Below, one piece after another: positions 34,201-46,900 of a stretch of DNA of 64,000 bases; position 1 is the stretch's first letter; each line of letters opens with the position of its first letter. Source of the DNA: Klebsormidium nitens. Its lineage: Eukaryota; Plantae; Klebsormidiophyceae. The notes under the pieces were generated by a model. That model was not told the origin of the DNA, did no database searches, and saw only the letters and a list, made by a program, of their open reading frames with translations. The translations under genes were made by a program, and so were the position numbers. The stretch lies in the NCBI GenBank assembly GCA_000708835.1, contig DF237039.1, positions 124,001-188,000 on the forward strand, in the 5' to 3' direction.

Positions 34201-36267
34201 GCTGCATAAACGAACTGACTAACACATTATATCAAGGGTCGGGAGTCCGTTTTCGGATGGGCACAGAAGGAACGAACTGAGATGAACATGCGGCAGACTC
34301 CAGAGGCTCGTAGAGGCAGTCCTGTGCGAGAAAACCTCCCTTCGGGACAGAACAGCTCGATCTCTTAGCCTTGTACATCTGGAAACAAAGCGCCCACATC
34401 TATACATCTGAGAGAAGACACAGGAGGCCGCACCTGCAGGGCGTCATTCTCGCGCACGCCGGTGGCGCGCCGGTTATTGATGATGGAGCGGAACACGTCG
34501 CGCAGCTGCTTGCGGGCCTGGTCGCGGCGCAGGTGGGCGGGGATCGGGAGGCGGGGCATGATGACGCTGATGGGGAGCATGCCCAAATCCAACACATGGA
34601 ACAGGTCCGACACCTGCGGTCAAAGAACGGAATCAGGTCAGAAGAAGGATAATCGTCATGACTAGAAACAGTACACTGGCCCCTGCTGTTCGTGCAGAGT
34701 GGGCCAATGGAGCCACAGGTCCATATGAAAGAGCGGGAAAATGACGAAACAGAGCCAAACCAACAAGCCTTTCGCTCCTGCCAGGTCAAGGTCTGCCTAT
34801 TCTTGGTCTCCAGTTCCTGTAATGTCCACCGCTGCAGACAAGAGACTCGAGAATAGAAACTATTGGGCATCTTTCACCCCCAATTCATCAGCTCAGCCAA
34901 GCTTTACTACCACCTGATCAACTATTGCTTGACCAACTTTTGATGGGTACCTCACCTGCTCAAACATTTGCTCGCGCACCTCCCTCCCGAGCAGCGTCCT
35001 ACTGGCCGTCATGATGATCAGCTTGGACAGCTCCTCCTTGAGATCCACCTCGCCCTCATCTCCCCACTTGCCAAAGAACGTCTGTGCACAGCACAGGATA
35101 AGCCTTCAAACACTACTGCACTTGGATGCAAGCCACAAAAGTGTAGCTCTGGTTGGGCTTCCTTTCCTTCACTCGTGCTGCTCCTCGCACAGAGTCTGGT
35201 CAGAAAAGTCTTCTCTTACACATACGCAGAAAAGAATGTTTCTGACAGCTCGCTCCATGACACAGTGTCAGAAGATCCTTTTGTTCTCAAACAGTCTGGC
35301 GGAAAGCCACTGTGTACATATGACCACTCCACTGGTTTGCATAAAAGTGGAGAAAGAGAGAGTGGCGCCCAAGACACGCATTTGACCTCTCCTCACCTCT
35401 GCCTCCATCACCATCATTTTGACATAGTCCCGCAGCCTGCTGCTGCGGAGGCTCTCCGCAAACATGCGGAACTGCTCCTGCCTGACGCTGTAGTCAACAT
35501 CAAAGACGACGCCTTTCCCGAAAGTAGGCACCGAGTACTGGTACACCTCCTGCTGACTCAACTCCGCCTCAGCGGCCTGCGATTACAAACGTGCATTGAA
35601 TGACCGTCTGTTCGGCAGCGCCTGCAGCGTAAGCTGCTGGTGTACAGACGAATGTGCTCAGTGCTATATCCAACCAACCGAGAAGATGACAGAATGCAAA
35701 AATGAAAGATGGAGCGAACCAGTGTAGATATCTGGTCTGCAATTCGCCCTGCCAGGCATCCCTTCTTTAAGAAATGCAAGGTGCTCAAGATTTAAGGTGA
35801 GTTTCCTCAACTGCTTCCACAGCAGCAGCAAGCTGTGACTTTGACCTCCGCTTTCATCAGACGGCAACTAGCTCTTGAGCTCGACGACATACGAGTCCAC
35901 AAGCAAACCAGGGAGATGAGGCACAGCGGCAATAACCACAATCATTGGATCTTACCTTGAAAAAGTGATTGGACACCTCTGGTCCAATAAGGAATGTGAT
36001 CCTCTTGTGGAACACATTGACGGTGAATACATCCCCATGCTTCTCATACCCTTCCTTTATGAGTTTGAGCGGGCCATCCATGAACTTCAACACACCACCA
36101 ATTATTGGAATTGTACTAAGGGTGGGGGGAGCTTTTCCATTCCTCTTCGTAGCCAATGACACCACCACCAGCACAGACAGGAGGACGACAATGACTGATG
36201 CGAGCACAAAAGCGCTACCAGGAATCTGCCCTAGCAGGCCCTCCAGACTTGCCCTGACATCCGCCAT
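31260..36267 (-). CDS. CYP51: Sterol 14-alpha-demethylase (cytochrome P450 CYP51), 8 exons, 498 aa
   Basis: Exons 36267-35956, 35576-35397, 35081-34956, 34613-34434, 34045-33906, 33271-33148, 32415-32206, 31484-31260. Motifs: N-terminal TM anchor, [15 protein letters not shown]-helix [18 protein letters not shown] (ExxR), FDPDRF and heme motif [10 protein letters not shown]. Confidence 0.98.
32682..32720. repeat. Short tandem duplication in CYP51 intron
   Basis: CTTGAGCTGAGCACTCCAA occurs twice in tandem. Confidence 0.75.
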
Positions 36268-37141
36268 CTTCCTGATATCCAAGCGCCCAGATCTACTTTC
36301 TCAGATGTCCTAGACCATGATCTTCAGCAACAAGCTGAATTTCCAATCGTCCAGCTTTGTCACAAAGTTTGTGCCGCTGCGCCTAATGCAAATTCTGCAG
36401 ATCTAGATTGACCACCTTCCTGCAGAACACCGCTTGCATTGACAATGAAACGTTGGTTGAACTGCAGTGAAGGAACCGCAGTGCAGAAAACATTGCAATT
36501 TGCAGTGGAACGCACTGCGTCCTTTGTTCCTGAGCCGCTGTCCCTAAATGTGGCAGGGCCGCTTATACCGCAGAATTAGAACCAAAAGGGTTAAAATACA
36601 AATCTGTCAGGATTTCGCAAACGGTTTTGTCTCCAACCCGCAGAACCATGGTTTTCAATCGCTTGTAACCGGATCAAAGTTAAGCAACCACCCAGCTTCT
36701 GACCAGACCCCTCTGTTCACGTTTTTGAGGACGCTAAATCACGCTCTCAAACCAATCGCAGCCATCCAACAGTACAACTGTAAGATCCGACGGTGGGATA
36801 AATGAGGTCCTTGCACTGCGCCCTCGCCATCATGACAACAGTGGCGCGAAAGCTCGACAGTTTTCAATAGCTTTTCAAGCAACATCTGCAATTTGAAGAA
36901 GCGCTCGAGGGGACAGCTGCTGCAATGTCGTGATGCTGAAGGGGCTTTGGCAGTTCGTTCTTACACTTTACAATCAGATGAGTACCAGCACAAGGTCGTC
37001 GGCAAGTTTCCGCTTCATTTGTATTGCAGATTAATATCTGAACAAGGTGATTTGGGTAAAGCTAAGGATAAGCCACCCGCCAACTTGTTTTAAGCAATGA
37101 TCCTCACGGAGCGGCCTTTTGAACACGTTGCACTATCTGTT

Positions 37142-39930
37142 ATGAATGGTTATGAGTCCTACGAGCAGCGTCCAGATACTTCTGGCGCTGCTGCAAGCCA
37201 AGAGCTTTCGCAGTTTGATGCCGCCTCGCGTCTCGAGGCAGAGGACACTGGTAGAGGCGTTGGGAGATCGAGGTTCAGGTTTGCAATGGTTTGTGCTTCA
37301 AACCAGAACCGCAGCATGGCGGCACATGCACTCCTCCAGAAAAGCGGCCTTCTGGTCAACTCCTATGGCACAGGCTCTCAGGTGAAGCTATTAAAGTGAT
37401 TTGTTCAGCTGAAATTCTAGTGCTTACCCTGCAGTTATTTTCTGCCTGCATCTTCTCTTTATGGTTGCCACTTGTTTGCCTTCGGTATAGGGGTTCCACA
37501 TTGTCGGACTGGTCCAGATTGTTTGCCTAATGCATTTAATCATACTGGCACTTAATCTTATGTACCTTCGCCATATTCGTGGAAGGCACTTTGTGCGCTG
37601 ATTGGGTGTTACATTGCTGTGGTGGTTGTGTTCTCAGGTGAAGCTTCCAGGGCCCAGCCAGAAGGAGCCAAATATCTACAGCTTTGGCACTACATACCAG
37701 AAGATGCATGACGAGCTAGCCGCACAGAACCCAAGCCTGTATCCTCCTCAAAAGAGCGGCCATCAAGTAGCGCTTATCCATATGTTGTTTTGCCTGAACT
37801 TATGTTGTGAATAACCTACTGCACCAGTCTGGTTGTGATGAAACATTTGCTGCTCTTTGCTTTCCACGAAGAAGCTGCGGTACGTCGACCTGTCCAGCTG
37901 TTGATGTTTTCTGCCGATGATTTGTCCGGGGATATCTGATAATTGCAAGCACTTCATAGGTCCCGAAAATACAGCTCATTAGTACTGTCAGCAGAGTCGT
38001 ATTGCAAGAAATGTTTTGACAGCACCCCCCTCTTTCAGATTGTTTCTTGAGTATCTATCTTTTCTATTTGATTGTACGTGTCAATTTCCTTTATCGTCTG
38101 TCCCTTGACAACAAGCAGATACCGCAAAAATGGGATTCTGGAGATGCTACAACGAAACATGGCGGTAAAAGGAGCTCCTCAGCGGTGGCAGGACAACCAT
38201 GAAGATGGATTTTTTGACATTGTCCTAACCTTTGAGGAGCGGGTATTTGATGCTGTCCTAGAAGGTGAGCTCACCTTAGGATCACTTTTGTGATTCAAAT
38301 GTTGATTCCTGCTGCTCATGCCCAGAAATTCAATTCTGCCAGTCAGGGCAACACTTCATCCTCTTGTGCAAGTCCAGAGTAGCAGTTCTGAGCCCCTGAT
38401 GTTATCATCACCTCCTAGTGATTACAGAGATGTACGGGGAAGGATCGCCAGCAGTCTGCCTATCATACCGTGGACCAATCTGGATAATCACCTATGCTTT
38501 TCGTTAGAAAGTCTGCACCTATGTTTTAGGACTATGCTCAATATGCAGTCGTTGTTAGGTATTCGAATGTTTCAACAATTGAGGGCCAGTCCCAACTTTT
38601 GTGTTTCCTCACTTGATTGCGTATTGTGATTGTTCTTGTTTCTTGCTTCCTTCTGAAGAGCGTTATGCATTACTGTCAGGGCCTGTACAAATGTGCAGGA
38701 GGGGATACTCGCAGGGAACTGCCGGTGTTTCATATTGTGCAGCTTTTGGTTGCATTTTGGAATCTGGCCAGGGTTCCGTTGTCCGTGACAAATGGCCCTG
38801 CTGAGGATCTACTCGCTGTGTGTGCAGATATGCAGAGTAGGCAAAGCAAGGGACAGAGTGCTCTTGTGGTCCATCTGGAAATCAGAGATAGCCATGAGGA
38901 GGCAGCCTCAGGAGCCAAACTGGCTCTTGAGCTTTGTCAAATGGTGAGGAATGGGACTTTGAACAACGCTTGTACGGTGGTTTTGTCTGTTTTTGCCAAT
39001 CTGAAGCTTTGCCTTGATCGGAGTGAGCAGTCTCCTTGCAGAGATGGATGTACAGAATCTTTGTCTTTCTCATGTCCAACGCGTGTACACCAACGTGTGA
39101 CTACACACACCGCCACAATATACGAGGCCAACTCAGTTTATACTAGCCTTGCACGGTCAACTCAAGCAGTTCTCCATAGTCTCCGAGTCTTGGAGTATTC
39201 CTTTCGGACGGGAGAAAGTATCAACACTGGACGATTAGCAGACATGACGCCGCGCATGCCGATGAAGGCTGTAAGCAATCTACCGTAGCAGGGTGCGATG
39301 ATCCTCATAATTGGATATGGGAGGATCGATGTTGCTATAGGAGGGTTGTGCAATTCAGTCCTTCTTCTCCGCTGTGCGCTCCTAAGCGGATATAGGCCCA
39401 TCAAAAGTTGGTCAATGCAAGTCGGAGCTTTGCAGCCGCTGGACACTAAATTGACAATCCATTTGCCCAAGTGGGGCTCTGAATCCGCAGTGCACATGTT
39501 GGCTCACTCTGGGTAGCACAACCAGTAACTTTGTATATATTCGGATGCCTGCAAGCATAGTGATATCAAGCTTGTCAGGTACAGGTTTGCTTCTTTTGTG
39601 TTCGGCAAAGGCTGGCCAGGTGTCCACCTTTTGACACTTGGCCGGCACCAAAGCACTTCACATTCATGCCCAACCCTGTAAGATGGGTAAGACTTGCCTC
39701 GGATTCATGAATATCGAATATCGACTGAAGTCAGGGCGCTATCCGGTTGTCTAATCGATGCAATCTGTTAGCTAGCCTTCGTCATGGAAGTTTCAACTGA
39801 CTCCCAAATTTCCTGCTTGTGCTTGCAGTTTGAGGAAGTAGAAGCTTGGGAAGACGGAGTAGATCTAGTTTTAGAGAGATTTGAAAAGCGCTACAAACGA
39901 AGACCAATATACGAAGTATGTTTCTTCTAG
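37142..39930 (+). CDS. SSU72: RNA polymerase II CTD phosphatase Ssu72, 5 exons
   Basis: Exons 37142-37381, 37638-37738, 38119-38264, 38828-38943, 39829-39930. Catalytic CX5R motif VCASNQNRSM; SYGTGSQVKLPGPS; PQRWQD; FDIVLTFEERVFD; DSHEEA; C-terminus RRPIYEVCFF*. Confidence 0.97.
37739..38118 (+). other. U12-type (minor spliceosome) GT-AG intron in SSU72
   Basis: The 5' site GTATCCTCC is close to the U12 consensus RTATCCTT. A branch-like TCCCTTGAC at 38101-38109 ends 9 nt from the intron end, with no polypyrimidine tract. Splicing restores ..PSL|YRKNG... Confidence 0.8.
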
Positions 39931-42900
39931 CTTCAACAATCTACAACGAATGGTCCACTGCATGTGCATGAATCTCGTCGACCATGTGGCACTAAGTGAT
40001 ATATAACACAGGTTGAAATCATTCTTAGTGACCACGCTTCGATGCACTGGAAACAAAAGCAGGCTGGCAACCAACAGACCGCGTCACGGGCGGCTAAAGC
40101 TTTCAATGTCAGAAGCGTAGAACCATACAACTCGACAAAGGTTCAGTCTTAGTACCGGTAATACACGATAATGAGATTCACGTCCGTGTTGGTCGATAGT
40201 ATCTTGAAATATCCTCGGATTTGAAGCCTCGCTGCGAAAGTTGACTTCTTGATGGGCTTCCGGATGCTCGTCTGGAATGTGTTTCGTTGCACTCCAGGCA
40301 GAAAACTCGATCATACCGTTCGTCATAGCTGCAAGATTACAAAGAACAGTGTTTATTGCGCCCTTTATTCTTGGTGCATAAATGAGTGTCCTGAAGCTGC
40401 GCATGCCATCAGATTGCCTTTGTCGAAGGCCGGCGGCCAAAAAGGCGGCGGCTCAAACACTGATTGCGTAATCAGCCAGGAGCATCAAGTCGGTGGCCGA
40501 GTTCGGCCACGTGACGAACGTCCCTGAGGCAAATTCAGCCGCTTCCCGTGTTACTACCCCTCACTAAACTTCGTATGAAGCCTGCAGTGCTAATAATAAA
40601 GATGTACTCTGGACTCGCCATTCAGTCCACCCAAGATTCATATGTCCTTCTCTATTCCCTGGTTCGTCCCGATGAGCGGACCCGGAGCAAGGCTAACTAT
40701 TTGCAGGCTTCGCAAGATGCCTTTAAAGGCTTCGGCTTTTTTGTAAAACGACATAAAACGACGCTCAGACATGCTGAGACGAGCGAAGTCGATTGGAAGA
40801 GCTGCCAAGGTCGTGATGCGAGGTGGGGTGCTCCTTAACAAAAGACAAGAACCTTTTAGCTCCTTTTTTGGCTTTTCGCTTTATTCATTGTACTTTAGGT
40901 CCTGATGCAAAGCGCTTTGAAGCTTGCTAGATCAACCGGCCGTTGTGTTTCTTACATCGGTTTGATTCCCTTGGAATTGTACCTTTGAAGAATGTACTGT
41001 TGGGCACAATCGACCCCGCTTTAGTTGGGAACCGATGTTCTCCGACGATCCTCAGCGAAACTTTGCTCTAGCGGTCTCTCAAAAAAGACAGGTGCCAGCG
41101 TTCTTGCAGCGAACCTGGGTCGCACTTCGAGAGGTTTGTACTGCCACAGGAGGCCACATAAGCGGACGATCCCGCAAGGGGTAAGGAACGGGCTCACTTA
41201 CTTTGTAACGGAGCACTGTTCACAGAAGGGCTCTTGACAACTCTCGCAAGTGCGTTCGCGCCCACAGCAAAGCCGTTGCCTGCAACGCAACCAGATAGCG
41301 GGAAGCTAAGTATCGTCGCCTAACGTTTGGTGGTACCTCTACGAATCCGTCTCTCAAATTTTGGTGCAGAAGTTTCGAATCTGAGGCTTTCTTTGAGGCC
41401 TCCGTGAAGCAGACTTTCCCCTTTTTGCTGCTTGAAGAATAGACTCTTCCTATTCCTTGAGACAGCCGGGTACAAGTCGTTTCCCGCCCTCAAGGAAACA
41501 CACATTGAAATACGAGGACTTCCAAGCAGATCGACCTTCCGCCACTCCCACAAGTGTGAAAAATGGGACTACTCACTCGCAGTGCGTGCAAAACGTCTCG
41601 CCTGGGTCCCCGCACTCTCCACATCTCCAATCCGATACGTCGATGTCCATAGCCCCTGTTTCGCTGACTGCAGTCCCGGCGCCGTTTGGGCCGTGAGACA
41701 GGGCGGGGGTGCCCATACTACCAACACCTTGAAAGAAATGCATAAGAAATCACTTTCTGATATCGGTCCAGGTGTGGTTGGGGAGTCTAGCCGAAAAAGG
41801 TATGACAGCTGTTCCGGGCCAACTTACGCCCCCTTTGTTGTGGTCGGGTACTGCAGTACCCTGGATCCGTGTATTCAAACAGAAAGTTTCCGTGGGAGAA
41901 GGTATTGGGTTTTTGGCCTTGAATGGCTCCTGGAAGAAACTGTAATTGTGCGGAAAAGCTGTGCTCGCTTTCAAGATTGCAGGAAGTCCGATTGGCCTCT
42001 GACATTGAGACAAGGAATCAATGGACTGGGATGTCTTCCAATTTGACCCCTGGAAAGGAAACTCAAAGCGACAAGATGGTTGAGTATGGGTTAAAGAAAA
42101 CCACAGATTAAGAATCAAAGGTGCATCACTCTAACGGGTAGGTAAGGAACGCTGAAACTATAGTAGATGTCCGTTCGCACTTTGGCACAACCTGACCTCA
42201 CACCAACACAAAGTCAAGAGACTCCAGGGGAAAGTAAGGGCCGCATTGGTAATCTGTTACGCGTTGCCCCTTCCTAGATAACAGAAGTAGGTACTTTGGC
42301 TTCCTTACTGATATTGTCACCAAAGGAGGGTTCCTGGCAATAGGATGAATCAAAAGCCACATTCGCCGAAAATGAACCATCTGAAGTTGCCAGACTTACT
42401 AGGGTCTCGAGATCCTGACGCTATATTCTGGTGGTGAGTGCCCGTGCTTCCATTGGGAGCCCCGTTAGAATGGTCTGAGGCGGCGCTTGCCCTGGCGCCG
42501 GCTCTAAGTAACCTCAGAGTGTGTTCTGTAGGAAAGAAGCGCCATGACTGTTACATAGATTTGAGGGAAAAGGGCAGCAGCAGTCAACGAAAGGCCACAG
42601 GCTTGTCCAATGGACGTTCGACTTTCTGGTGGCATGATCTGACCATTCTGATTTGTGCATCTGGAATGCTCATGATCACCACTAAAAGACCTTCTTGGCG
42701 GAGAGGAATGTTTGAGACATCATAAACCGCACTTAAGCATCAGGGAATGTCAAGAGTACTTGAGAGGTGTGTCCACAACAAGTACGTACAGCACTTGCCC
42801 AACATCCAAGAGGGAATGAAGCATTAAAAAGCTGGTATCTTAAGTTCTTGGGGGGTCACATTGGCCAATCTACGTCGCCAACCGCCAGTTATAAGAGATG

Positions 42901-43995
42901 TGTCCAATGTGAGACTCAGTTCCGCAGTCACCCCAGCCGCGATTGCCCAGAGGATGAAAGGAGCACAATGGAGAAGTCTGTTGAACATCCGCAGGGTAAT
43001 GTGAAGTGCGTGGACCTTGTATGCTGGCAGTATCTTCTTTCAAACGCGTGCCCTGGCCCCTCTCCTGTCGGCCCCCGGTTGGCTCCCTTCGCTTCACCAT
43101 ACCAGCAAATAATCCAGCAGCTTCTTCGAGAAACTTCGTCCCACCTGACTACTGGCGAGGTACTTTTTCTGGCCGTACAGATGCCGCAAGAGGAGCCTAG
43201 CTCAGCTTCAAGTAAGTGCCTCTATCGTTTTGTACACTTCATGCAAGCACCGAGACCAACCCACTCTTCGGGCTTTTCTGATTCGTATCAAAGATGCCAG
43301 GATTGAATAGCTGGCCAATGCACGCAGGGCGACGGATCTAGAGATAAGTGCAAAACCTAAGGCTAGGACCTTCTAATGAGTTTCTGAAGTGGACGATGAT
43401 GATGGAGGTCAGCATTGGGCGCCTTTAACCACCTTCATAGCTTGGCAGCTTGCACTCTGAACAAATTGAATCAGTCCCACGGTGCAATTGCAGCGGCAGC
43501 CTTGGCGGCTGGTCCAGCCTCAGGCCCAGGGACGAGTTCGAAGACTCGAGCAGAGACGTAGAACAGCGTCCAGTATCCGAAAACGTGGTGGTTCGACGCC
43601 GAAGATACAATCGGTATTGTAGCCCTCTGCGAAATGCACAGGGTCGAATCACTCAAAGTTGGCTAGGACGCCTTCGTCGTACCGTGACCAGCGCGGGGCC
43701 TTTCCCAGCCTTCGGTTTTATTGGCGAAACAGTGCCGCTGCCACTGGCGCCATGCAAGCTTCAGAATCACAAGCTTGCGACTTTTCTCTGTTTCTCCTGT
43801 GGATCAAACGCTTGATGACAGCGTCAAGACACAAGCGTACGATCCCGCACCTTTATTGAAGTTTCACTTGTTGCTAGCTCCCTATCCTCACTTCAATGTT
43901 CCTCCAGCTCAATGTGCTCTGAACCCTAATCTCCGGCCCGCTGAATGGCTTAGCTCTAAACACTCCGGATACTGATGTCTTGAGAAGCATCTGGA

Positions 43996-46900
43996 ATGGC
44001 GACCTCTTTGCGGCGGAGCATATCCAGTATGCCGAGCCAAAGGGGCTCCTTTGCAAACCCATTGCCAGCTGACAGCAGCTTTGCAAGCATGTCTGGATTT
44101 CTTGAGCTTGAAGCGACTCAGCAGCTAGCGCCACCAGCGGACCGTTTTAGCGTTGTTGGCACCTCTAGCTTTGTTGGGGGCACAGGTGAAGAGTGCGCAG
44201 ACCTTCGAGGGCGGGGATTGGTGGCCCTGCCTGCGCTTGGGAGACAGTCAGGGTTGACCGCAGTGGACCTTTCAAACAATAGCATAGCAGGCCTGGAGTC
44301 AGCTCCGGAAGAGTTGCCGGACGATCTGCAGGTGAGCTGACAAAATTCTATCTTCGTTTGGCATTGAAGGCATTGCGGATGGTAGCTGGAGGTGCTTGAC
44401 TTTGGCAGATTGGGTTTAATGGTTTTACCGGCTGTTGTTGATAGACAATGTTGACCAGCCAGCATGATGCAGACGGTGATTCGCAAGCTGTTTTGAGTAC
44501 TCAGATCTGCTGTCCTTTTTCGAGGACAATATGGCCTGCAATCAAAGTCAAGCGAGTCAGTCAGGTCAGATCAGTCAGGAGATCTTAAGAGCATCATCTT
44601 CTCTTCAGGCCTCCCCTCGCATCTTCCTTCTTATTGGCCACAACTTGAAGCTATTCAACTCAAAGCACCCCCAGTCGATCTGCAAATTTGGCTGAAACTC
44701 TTTCCTGCCATGAGCAATGCTTCTGGAATGGTACGTCAGTCTTCAGTTGCTCCAGTCGCCGCCGGCATTGTGCAAGTCACCGCAGCATTCCACCTAGCAG
44801 GCTGCTTAAGAACAGCTCACTTGCGTAAAGCCAGCTTACACGGTCAGCAACCAGATCTCCCCTCATGATCAGCAATCAGCTCTCAACCCCTCCTCTTTCT
44901 CACCTCAGACCAGTCTCGTTTCAAACTCTCAGTGTCTCCCTCTACTACTTCCAGATGCTCTCCCTGGCTGGTAACAAGCTCTCGGACCTCTGCCACCTAA
45001 AGTACCTGACTGCGTGCACCTCCCTCATCGACCTCGACATCTCAGGCAACCCTGTAACCGATGGTGCCGCCAGGATTGGCTTCGACCTTCGACCGTTCCT
45101 GCTCTTCCTTCTGCCACGGTTGCAGAGGTGAGGGTGATTATCCTGGCTTTTACCCTTTCTGGACTTGACCCGTTGCTTATGGAAGGCCGGGACTTTGTGA
45201 ACCACTGCCCTATGAATTCAGTGGCATAGGCAGATTGAACAATCCTCAGCTCTTGTCTGTCACAGTAAGGGACTATCCTATAATTCGCGGTCTGGCAGAG
45301 ACTTGCACGTTGGATAAAGCCCACATACTACGTGGGGAAGCGAATTTCTGACCTGAGCGACAACCTATTGGAAGCATTGACTGCAGTGAACAGCTGAGAC
45401 TTATTTCCTCGTATCCACTTGATTGGCGGGAAGAGCAAGGGCGCTCGAAGACGACTCGCTTGGTTCATAGCGAACTTTCTGGGGCACTTTACATTCTTAT
45501 CCACTTCGCTCTTTTTGTTCTCCGTTTTTCCGTCTCTTCGACCCCGTGATATCGAAGCGACGGTCCTTCGTTCATAACGTATCTTCCCATTCCGTCTGAA
45601 GGGATCTCCCGCAAACACCGGCTTGCAAACAACCTGCTGCTTTCACGTGGATCCGGAAACCTCACTTTTTCGACGGCGCTGAGTGCCGAAACTCGGAAGT
45701 GAATGACGACTGGGCTCGGACCTACGTATAGCTAGCTGCATCAAGGCCTTGAAACTGACTCTTCACCACAAGCGCAAGAACACGATGCATTGCTTTCAAA
45801 AAATGCTTCCACACAATGTTGCTTGAGTACCAACAATTGTCTTATGAGGGCGACGGGCTGTTTCGACCCAACTTTCGGAGAAGCTAGAGTGTCGAAGGTT
45901 GTTTTCTCAATCAAATCTGTACTCAGACTTGATTCCTATTTCCTTGATTCCAGCCCAATCCCGGACATGGAGAAGGTGGAAAGAAGCTGTATCCAGATCC
46001 TTTCCAGCCGTTCGAAGAATTGTTGAGGAATCGTCGTACAAATACGGAATACTTTAAGAATCGAACCAAGGGATATACAGAAACAGCTGCTATGGAAACC
46101 CTCAAATCCCGAAACCGTGAATATGTTCTGACGCTTCTCCCAGGCTGAACGGGCAGGACGTCCGGCAGGCGCGGCTGCTGGAGGCGTCGCGCACGCTATT
46201 CACGGACGCCCGAGGGCGGCTGTCGGACCGGCTACTGGAGATGCTGGACGACGGACGGCAGGTCGAGCTGACGCACTACCTGTCGCAGCAGGTCAGCCTG
46301 ACGTCAGCTGAAAGACAGCGGTCCTATCCTCCATGAAACGGGCGTCTAGCTTCGCTTAGAGGGACAATTGACTGTCGCGAAACCGCACATGTAAGACTTT
46401 TAAAGCCAACGGTAGAGACCCCGAAATGTGGAACGTTTCTCTGACGAAACGTTTGCAATTCCCCTACACGTGTTTGGCCTGTTGGGACGTTGTGAAGATC
46501 GACAGTCCCTTCGACTGTCCCTTGCGCCTCTGCGGCAGTCCTTTCACCTGTGTACGTTGTGGACATCGGTACCAGAATGCAGCAAAACTTGCCAAATCTG
46601 CAAAACACTACAATCACAGGACCTAAAGCCTTTCAGGGAATGTTGTTGGGTTGTATCAAAGCCCTGAGAATTTGTCCACGGAATGCTTGCTGGGAGTGGC
46701 AACAACCGCCAGTTCTGGTCTGTGCTTCTCCAACAAGCTAGTAGCTGCAATCCCCTCCGCTCTCTTCCTCCTCTACCAAGCCTCTTGGCCTCTCTTTTTT
46801 TCCTCTCCTCTCTTCAGACGTTTACTTCCACAATCTGCTTCGTTTTCCCTTGGTATCATCTTAGACTACTTGTTCTGAGCTTCTCATCTTTGAGCTTTCT

